From Candidatus Omnitrophota bacterium (GTDB lineage: Bacteria; Omnitrophota; Gorgyraeia; Gygaellales; Profunditerraquicolaceae), in the NCBI GenBank assembly GCA_049517335.1, contig JBEKSD010000001.1, positions 96,001 through 160,000 on the forward strand: a DNA stretch of 64,000 nucleotides. The letters are read 5' to 3'. Below the pieces are notes generated by a model. It was given only the letters and a program-made list of their open reading frames with translations. It was not told where the DNA came from and did not search any database. Shown here piece by piece: positions 57,145 through 64,000 of this stretch (position 1 is its first letter; each line of letters begins with the position of its first letter). A program made the position numbers and the translations under genes.

Positions 57145-59223
57145 ATGCAAGGAAATAACCTTAAAGCTAAATTCGGCAGTAATGATTTAATCCTGGAAAC
57201 CGGCAGAATAGCCAAGCAGGCTAATGGTTCTGTTACTATTTCTTACGGCGGTACCGTAGTGCTTGTTACCGTCTGTATGTCCCGCGATATTAAGGAAGGC
57301 AGGGATTTTTTCCCTTTGACCGTTGAATATCAGGAGAAGACTTACGCAGCCGGAAGGATACCGGGCGGCTTTTTTAAAAGGGAAGGCAGGCCGTCTGAAA
57401 GCGAAATACTTACTGCCCGTTTAATAGACAGGCCGATAAGGCCTTTATTTGCCAAAGGTTTTTTAAATGAGGTTCAGATAATGGCCATCGTTTTATCCAG
57501 CGACGGGGAAAATGACCCGGATATTTTAGCTCTGATTGGAGCGTCCACGGCTTTATCCATATCCGATATACCTTTTGACGGCCCGTTGGGAGCCTGCCGC
57601 GTAGGCAGGGTGGGCAAAGAAATGATTTTGAATCCTACTTACGCTCAGCTTGAGAGTGCTGATTTGGACGTTGTCATAGCCGCCAACAAAAAAGGCGTGG
57701 TCATGCTTGAGTCGCGCGCTAGGGAAGTCTCGGAAGAAGATTATTTAGCCGCAGTCAAGTTCGGCTATGAAAATATTCAAAGCATAATTGTTTTACAGGA
57801 AGAATTTACCCGCCGCTTCGGCAAGCCTAAGGCAGAAATCCAGCTCAAAGTTCTGGACCCGCTTTTAGTCCAGAAAGTTAAAGACCTCGCCGTGACAAGG
57901 CTGAAGGCTGTTTATAAGCTGGATAAAAAGGAAGAGCGCGAGGAAGAGATATGTATTTTAGCGAAAGAACTTGAAGAGAAACTTACGCTGGAAGGATTTT
58001 CTGCGGAAGATATTAAAGCCGCGCTTCATGATGTTGAGCAGGAAGAGATCAGGAGTAAGATTCTCAGCGAGGGCGTGCGCATGGACGGTCGCGGTTTTAA
58101 GGATATCCGCCCGATAACCTGCGAAGTTTCCGTGCTTCCGCGCACCCACGGCTCAAGTTTGTTTACCCGCGGCCAGACCCAGAGTTTAGCCGTCACTACG
58201 TTAGGGACAGGGGAAGACGAACAGATGATTGAGGCGCTTGAGGGGCAGAAATACAAATCTTTTATGTTGCATTATACCTTCCCGCCTTTTAGCGTTGGAG
58301 AAACAGGACCGGTACGCGGGCCGGGAAGGCGCGAGATTGGGCACGGCGCTTTGGCAGAACGCGCCTTACTGGCGGTAATGCCGGCGAAAGATAAATTCCC
58401 TTACACGGTAAGGGTTGTTTCCGAAATCCTTGAGTCTAACGGTTCCTCAAGTATGGCTTCGGTGTGCGCAGCGACATTATCCTTAATGGACGCGGGCGTA
58501 CCCATCAAAGACGCGGTCGGCGGAGTCGCGTTGGGGCTTGTTAAAGAAGGAGAGAAGCTGCGCATATTGACCGATATCGCTGGCCTTGAAGACCATTTCG
58601 GCGATATGGATTTTAAAGTTGCCGGCACAAGGGTGGGTATTACCGCTGTGCAGCTGGATTTAAAAATTGACGGGATAAGTTTAGACCTTCTTAAAGCCTG
58701 CCTTGTGCAGTCAAAAGAAGGCAGGATGTTTATCCTAGATAAGATGAATACTGCTTTAACCGCTCCACGGCAGGAACTGTCAACTTATGCCCCGCGCATT
58801 GAGGTTCTAAAGATTAATACGGAAAAAATCGGTGGGTTAATCGGACCCGGAGGTAAAACCATTAAAGGGATTATTGCCGCGACCGGCGCCACCATTGATA
58901 TTCAGGATGACGGCACGGTTTTAGTGGGGTCTACTGACGCGGGAAAATCCGCTGAGGCCATCCGTATGATTAAAGCGATTACCGAAGATATAGAAGTGGG
59001 CCGTATTTATAACGCGAAAGTAAAGCGGATCACTAACTTTGGGGCATTCTGCGAGATTGCGTCCGGTAAAGACGGATTGGTCCATGTTTCAGAGCTTTCC
59101 GATAAGTACGTCAAGAACGTGGAAGAAGTCCTTAAGGTGGGAGACGAAATCAAGGTAAAAGTAGTCGGTATAGATGAGCTTGGCCGTATAAATTTAAGCA
59201 AGAAGCAGGCAGAAGCCGTTTAG
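57145..59223 (+). CDS. pnp: Polyribonucleotide nucleotidyltransferase
   Basis: [56 protein letters not shown]; KH and S1 domains. Confidence 0.98.
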   Translation: MQGNNLKAKFGSNDLILETGRIAKQANGSVTISYGGTVVLVTVCMSRDIKEGRDFFPLTVEYQEKTYAAGRIPGGFFKREGRPSESEILTARLIDRPIRPLFAKGFLNEVQIMAIVLSSDGENDPDILALIGASTALSISDIPFDGPLGACRVGRVGKEMILNPTYAQLESADLDVVIAANKKGVVMLESRAREVSEEDYLAAVKFGYENIQSIIVLQEEFTRRFGKPKAEIQLKVLDPLLVQKVKDLAVTRLKAVYKLDKKEEREEEICILAKELEEKLTLEGFSAEDIKAALHDVEQEEIRSKILSEGVRMDGRGFKDIRPITCEVSVLPRTHGSSLFTRGQTQSLAVTTLGTGEDEQMIEALEGQKYKSFMLHYTFPPFSVGETGPVRGPGRREIGHGALAERALLAVMPAKDKFPYTVRVVSEILESNGSSSMASVCAATLSLMDAGVPIKDAVGGVALGLVKEGEKLRILTDIAGLEDHFGDMDFKVAGTRVGITAVQLDLKIDGISLDLLKACLVQSKEGRMFILDKMNTALTAPRQELSTYAPRIEVLKINTEKIGGLIGPGGKTIKGIIAATGATIDIQDDGTVLVGSTDAGKSAEAIRMIKAITEDIEVGRIYNAKVKRITNFGAFCEIASGKDGLVHVSELSDKYVKNVEEVLKVGDEIKVKVVGIDELGRINLSKKQAEAV

Positions 59224-59228
59224 TTAAG

Positions 59229-61424
59229 GTGAAAGAAAAGAGATTAAACGAAGTTCGCGGTGTTATCCTCATTGCCGTCGGGCTCATGGTTTTGGCAAGC
59301 CTCGTACGTTTTAGCCGTCTTGATTTGGTATTTTATACATCCCATCCCAACTCTCCGCCCCAGAATCTTTTGGGAATATTCGGGGCTTATCTGGGAGGTA
59401 CAATTATATTCCTGCTCGGGCTGCCCACAAGTTTCCTCTTGCCTGTTTTGATACTTTTATTAGGGGTTAAATATTTCCGTCAGGACGTGCCTTATTTAAG
59501 TGGAACCAGATTCCTGGGAATGTTCATACTGCTTGTTTCCATCGCTTCCCTGATTGGCATGTTTAACCTGAAGAACGAATATGTGCGTTTTTACACTTCA
59601 GGATTATTTGGTGCTTTTATTTCAAATTTTGTCACCGTCTATTTCAGCCGTTTGGGCAGTTTTATTATTTTCATTACTTTCATCATTCTCTCCTTAGCCC
59701 TTGTTACGGAAATACTTATTTCCTCCTTATTTATCAATACGATTGATAAGACTAAAGCTGTTTTAGGGGTTTTTTCCCTGTTCTTTAAAAGAGATAAGAA
59801 GGCAAAAGCAACGCAGGTTAAAATTAAACCAATAGCCGGCATTGAGAAAGAAAATCCGCTTGTTTCCGAGCCAAAAATCAGGGCTGTTCTTCCTAACCCT
59901 GCGCTACCGGCACCAAAGCTGAAGATTCAGATAAAGAAACAAGAGGCGTTTGAGCCTAAGGTAAAACAGGAGTTAAAAATCGGGGATTACCATTTGCCTT
60001 CTCTGGAGCTGCTTGATGCGCCTCCGCCCCTTGAAGAGCGCCGGATTAAAGAAGATTTGGAAGCAAACGCGAGGATTCTCGAAGAAACTCTGGAAGACTT
60101 CGGCATATCTGCTAAGGTTACCGATATTGAGCGCGGCCCGATGATTACTCGTTATGAACTGGAGCCGGCTCCTGGCGTCAAGCTTAACCGTATCGTTAAT
60201 TTAGGCGACGATATATCGCTGGCAATGAAGGCGCAGTCAGTCAGGATTATCGCGCCTATTCCCGGAAAAGCCCGGGTGGGCGTAGAAGTACCGAATACGC
60301 AAAGCAGTTTCGTTTATTTAAAAGAAGTGCTTTCTTCTGATGAATTCCGGGCTTCTAAATCAAGTATCCCTCTGGCTTTAGGTAAAGACATCACCGGTAG
60401 GCCGATAGTCGCGGACTTAGATGATATGCCCCATATTTTAATCGCGGGGACCACCGGTTCGGGTAAAACCGTTTGCGTTAACTCGTTAATACTTTCTTTG
60501 CTTTATAAATTACCGCCCAATGAATTAAAATTTGTGATGGTAGATCCAAAGATGGTTGAGCTTATGCCTTTTAACGACTTGCCCCATCTTTTATGCCCGG
60601 TCATAACCGATGCCAAAAAAGCTTCCGTTGCGCTTAATTGGGTGGTCAACGAAATGGAGGAGCGTTATCAGCTTTTGGCTAAAGTAGGCGTGCGTAACAT
60701 TGAAGCTTATAATGAGAAGGCAACAGCGGATAAGCTCCCTTATATTGTAGTCGTTATTGATGAATTTGCGGACCTGATGAGCGTGGCGCGGGACCAGATT
60801 GAAAATGCCATTACCCGCTTGGCGCAGTTATCGCGCGCCGTGGGGATTCATCTTATGCTTGCTACCCAAAGGCCTTCGGTTGACGTTATTACAGGAGTAA
60901 TCAAGGCAAATTTACCCGCGCGTATTTCCTTTAAGGTCGCTTCAAAAGTAGATTCAAGGACGGTCCTGGACATGAACGGGGCCGATAAACTCCTCGGTAA
61001 AGGCGATATGCTGTTTTTAAAGCCGGGTGAATCTAAATTAATCCGCATCCAGTGTACGCTGGTCGGGGATAAGGAAATTGAAAGGGTCACGGATTTCGTT
61101 AAAAAGCAGGCTGACCCTGTTTACGATGAGGAGATTTTGAAAGAACAGCATAAGAACGGTTCAGGAACAGGAGAGAAAGACGAGCTTTATGATGAGGCAG
61201 TAAGGGTGATTATGGAGAGTAATCAGGCTTCAGTCTCGATTTTACAAAGAAGGATGCGTCTGGGTTACACCCGGGCTGCGCGTATTATTGATATGATGGA
61301 ATTAGACGGTTTGGTCGGGCCGTTTGAGGGAAGCAAGCCACGTAGGATACTCGTGGATAGGACCCCGTGGCTTGAGAAATTAACCCAGGGGCAGCAGGTT
61401 TTAGGGCAAGGAGAAGAAACTTAG
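59229..61424 (+). CDS. ftsK: DNA translocase FtsK
   Basis: N-terminal TM domain, MPHILIAGTTGSGK, VIDEFADLM, ATQRPSVDV, gamma domain LQRR.RLGY.RAARI. Confidence 0.97.
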   Translation: MKEKRLNEVRGVILIAVGLMVLASLVRFSRLDLVFYTSHPNSPPQNLLGIFGAYLGGTIIFLLGLPTSFLLPVLILLLGVKYFRQDVPYLSGTRFLGMFILLVSIASLIGMFNLKNEYVRFYTSGLFGAFISNFVTVYFSRLGSFIIFITFIILSLALVTEILISSLFINTIDKTKAVLGVFSLFFKRDKKAKATQVKIKPIAGIEKENPLVSEPKIRAVLPNPALPAPKLKIQIKKQEAFEPKVKQELKIGDYHLPSLELLDAPPPLEERRIKEDLEANARILEETLEDFGISAKVTDIERGPMITRYELEPAPGVKLNRIVNLGDDISLAMKAQSVRIIAPIPGKARVGVEVPNTQSSFVYLKEVLSSDEFRASKSSIPLALGKDITGRPIVADLDDMPHILIAGTTGSGKTVCVNSLILSLLYKLPPNELKFVMVDPKMVELMPFNDLPHLLCPVITDAKKASVALNWVVNEMEERYQLLAKVGVRNIEAYNEKATADKLPYIVVVIDEFADLMSVARDQIENAITRLAQLSRAVGIHLMLATQRPSVDVITGVIKANLPARISFKVASKVDSRTVLDMNGADKLLGKGDMLFLKPGESKLIRIQCTLVGDKEIERVTDFVKKQADPVYDEEILKEQHKNGSGTGEKDELYDEAVRVIMESNQASVSILQRRMRLGYTRAARIIDMMELDGLVGPFEGSKPRRILVDRTPWLEKLTQGQQVLGQGEET

Positions 61425-61426
61425 AT

Positions 61427-62143
61427 ATGAAGCAAATAGGAGAAAAGCTGAAAAAAATACGCCTTGAAAAAGGCTTAAGCCTTGAGGATGTTCAGAAGCA
61501 GACAAAAATCCACTTGAATATCCTGAAGGCAATTGAAGGGGACGGCCTGACGGACTTAAGTCCGGTATACTTAAAGGCCTTCATCAAAATTTATGCGAAA
61601 TTCCTCGGTCTTAAACCCGAGGAATTGCTCCCTGAGCATAAAGAGGAACTTCCCCGGCAGGCACCTGATTTCAAACCTTCGTCCTTAAAACTTAAGCCGG
61701 TTAAACCGGATAGAAAATTATTTAAAATATCAGTTTTTATTTTTACCGTTCTCATTGTTTTAACCGGGGTGTTTCAGCTCGGTAAATTCATTTCGTCAAG
61801 GCGTAAGCCTGCCGCTCAAGAGGTCCAAAAAAAGCAAAAATCAAAAACTGCTCCTCAAGCGTTCGTGCAGAAAGAAGCGTCAAACGGCGTAAGGCTCGTG
61901 ATTATTGCGAAAGAAAACTGCATGCTAACGCTTAGAGTTGACGGAAAAATATTTTTTCAGGGCGTATTAATCAAAGGCAGGTCAGAGAGCTGGAAAGCAA
62001 AAGAAAAGATGGAATTATCGTTAAGCAATGCCGGTGCCGTTGAATTAATTGTGAACAGCCAGCATTTTTCAAATATAGGCAAAAGAAAACAGAAATTGAG
62101 CAACATATTGATTAATAGAGAAGGTCTTCATATCGGCAGATGA
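61427..62143 (+). CDS. rodZ: RodZ-like HTH-TM-DUF4115 protein
   Basis: IGEKLK..R..KGLSLE, YAKFLGL, TM segment, C-terminal L..SNAGAV.L..N; sits between ftsK and rimO. Confidence 0.85.
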   Translation: MKQIGEKLKKIRLEKGLSLEDVQKQTKIHLNILKAIEGDGLTDLSPVYLKAFIKIYAKFLGLKPEELLPEHKEELPRQAPDFKPSSLKLKPVKPDRKLFKISVFIFTVLIVLTGVFQLGKFISSRRKPAAQEVQKKQKSKTAPQAFVQKEASNGVRLVIIAKENCMLTLRVDGKIFFQGVLIKGRSESWKAKEKMELSLSNAGAVELIVNSQHFSNIGKRKQKLSNILINREGLHIGR

Positions 62144-63387
62144 GTTTAAGGGTGGGGATCTTAAGCCTTGGCTGCCCAAGGAACCTGGTTGATTCGGAAA
62201 GCATCTTGAGCCGCCTTGCTTCAAAAGGCCTGGAAATAGTTGATATAGAAAAAGCGGACATTGCGATTGTAAATACCTGCGCCTTTGTTGATGACGCAAA
62301 GCGGGAATCCATTGACGCAATACTTGATTTAATCCAAGCCAAGAAAGAAGGAAGCTTAAGGAAAATAATTGTTTCCGGGTGCCTTAGCCAGCGCTATAAG
62401 GAACAACTGGTTAAAGAGCTCCCGGAAGTTGACGCTTTTATGGGCAGGCTTTTTCTTGATCAGGCGCCCGCAAGATTTGCTATTACCCCGAAGCACTCTG
62501 CTTATTTAAAAATATGCGAAGGCTGTCTAAATGCCTGTAGTTATTGCGTAATACCCAAAATTAAGGGTAAATTTACCAGCCTTGATGAGGTTTCTATTAT
62601 CAGGAAAGTAGCTAAATTTGACAAAGAGGGGGTGGCAGAGTTAAATCTCATCGGTCAGGACATCACCGGTTTCGGGGTTGACCTTTATGGCATGCCGTCC
62701 TTGAGCACCCTTTTAAGGAAAATCGTAAAGAGCGCCAAGCATATTAATTGGATCAGGCTCTTGTATTTATACCCAAGCAGGGCGGATGACGACCTGCTTA
62801 GAGTCGTAAGAGACGAACCTAAGATTTGTAAATATATCGACCTACCGGTTCAGCATATCAATGACAGGATATTGAAATTGATGAACCGGGACACCAGCAG
62901 AAAAGAGATAGTTGCCCTTATAAATAAAATCAGGAAGACCATTCCGGCTGTGGCGCTACGCACTTCGCTGATTACGGGTTTTCCGACAGAAACCGAGAAA
63001 GAACATCTGGAGCTTTTGACTTTTATGAAAGAAATTAAATTTGAGCGTTTAGGCGCTTTTGTTTATTCCCGAGAGGAAGGGACGAAGGCGTATGGTTTTA
63101 AGGGTCAGGTTTCGGAGAAAACTAAACAGGAACGTTTTAACCAAATTATGCTGCTTCAGCAGGATATCTCTAGGGAAGTAAACGAAAAATTCATGGGAAA
63201 AGCTATGGAAGTTTTGATAGATTCAAAGGAAGGAAAATCATATTTGGGTAGGACTCAATATGATGCCCCTGAAGTCGACGGCCAGGTTTATGTAAATTCA
63301 AATAAAACTTTGGAGCTGGGTAATTTTATCAAGGTTGAGATTACCGATACTCTGGAGTATGACTTAGTGGGAGAGGTAAAATCATGA
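62140..63387 (+). CDS. rimO: Ribosomal protein S12 methylthiotransferase
   Basis: SLGCPRNLVDSE, NTCAF, CEGCLNACSYC, RLLYLYP, DAPEVDG (TRAM). Confidence 0.95.
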   Translation: MSLRVGILSLGCPRNLVDSESILSRLASKGLEIVDIEKADIAIVNTCAFVDDAKRESIDAILDLIQAKKEGSLRKIIVSGCLSQRYKEQLVKELPEVDAFMGRLFLDQAPARFAITPKHSAYLKICEGCLNACSYCVIPKIKGKFTSLDEVSIIRKVAKFDKEGVAELNLIGQDITGFGVDLYGMPSLSTLLRKIVKSAKHINWIRLLYLYPSRADDDLLRVVRDEPKICKYIDLPVQHINDRILKLMNRDTSRKEIVALINKIRKTIPAVALRTSLITGFPTETEKEHLELLTFMKEIKFERLGAFVYSREEGTKAYGFKGQVSEKTKQERFNQIMLLQQDISREVNEKFMGKAMEVLIDSKEGKSYLGRTQYDAPEVDGQVYVNSNKTLELGNFIKVEITDTLEYDLVGEVKS

Positions 63388-63962
63388 ATTTAGCCAACCG
63401 TATAACAATAATGCGTATTTTCCTCACTTTCATTTTTATGTTTTTTCTCTTTTGCCACGGGCTGTGGGCAAAAGCCCTGAGTTTACTGCTTTTCATAGTT
63501 GCCGCCGTTTCGGATTATCTGGACGGTTTTATCGCGCAGAGAAAAAACATGGTTACGGATTTCGGCAGGCTGATGGATCCGATAGCTGATAAGATACTGG
63601 TGCTGGCGGCTTTTGCGGCCTTTGTCCAGATGCAGCTGATAGATGCGTGGATGTTCGTGATTATTGTTTCGCGGGAGATTCTGATTACTTCTTTGAGGCT
63701 CTTTGCTTTGAACAAAGGCAAAGTCCTGTCGGCAACACGCGCGGGCAAAGGCAAGACGCTTTCACAAATGACGGTAATATTGCTGATATTGATTTTCGTC
63801 GTTTATAAAGAAATAATGCTTGCCTATTTTACTTGGAACCCTTCATGGGAAAAGATTTTCCGCCACAGTATTTATATCCTGATGCTGGTTACGGTAGGGC
63901 TCACTCTTTATTCCGGCCTATCCTATCTTTGGGATAACCGCAAGATAATCACGCGTCTTTAA
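63384..63962 (+). CDS. pgsA: CDP-diacylglycerol--glycerol-3-phosphate 3-phosphatidyltransferase
   Basis: N.AN.IT..R, DYLDG.IA, FG.LMDPIADK, REI.ITSLR. Confidence 0.95.
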   Translation: MNLANRITIMRIFLTFIFMFFLFCHGLWAKALSLLLFIVAAVSDYLDGFIAQRKNMVTDFGRLMDPIADKILVLAAFAAFVQMQLIDAWMFVIIVSREILITSLRLFALNKGKVLSATRAGKGKTLSQMTVILLILIFVVYKEIMLAYFTWNPSWEKIFRHSIYILMLVTVGLTLYSGLSYLWDNRKIITRL

Positions 63963-64000
63963 TCCTTTTTTAGCCATGAATGTAATTCTTAAAATGTTAA

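Noticed and set aside
63976-64000. Start of a further CDS (MNVILKML...)
   Set aside because: Only 8 codons are visible, too little to call.

Overview
A gene-dense, almost entirely + strand (only rpmB is on -) core-chromosome segment of an anaerobic bacterium. It is most likely PVC superphylum, probably Ca. Omnitrophota; this is inferred from the PVC-type insert in L28, the acetyl-CoA synthase with metF/folD, and the Tad-type ATPase. It carries uppS-cdsA-dxr-rseP-ispG-(cpaF)-proS-rimP-nusA-infB-trpS-scpA-ruvB, queH-spoIID-queA-tgt-trmD-rplS-rnhB, C1/Wood-Ljungdahl genes (cyclodeaminase, folD, metF, acsB), polA-glgA-coaE-rho-rpmE-prfA-prmC-murA-trpGDCFBA, argS-recJ, a UvrD-nuclease fusion, and rpsO-pnp-ftsK-rodZ-rimO-pgsA. 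The one clearly accessory spot is 22.4-23.5 kb. There an AT-rich, frameshifted PIN-domain gene sits exactly between two 17-bp direct repeats, and this cassette is sandwiched between two ~200-235-nt branched palindromic elements of opposite polarity. Smaller relatives of these elements lie at 14.9 kb and 32.5 kb. Other points of note: a degenerate NAD-binding domain fused to AcsB, two small genes below the ORF-track cutoff, a probable ATA start for rsfS, 7-bp-period repeats inside and between genes, and probable leaderless transcripts. No rRNA, tRNA or CRISPR array was seen. All calls come from reading motifs by eye; no database searches were run.
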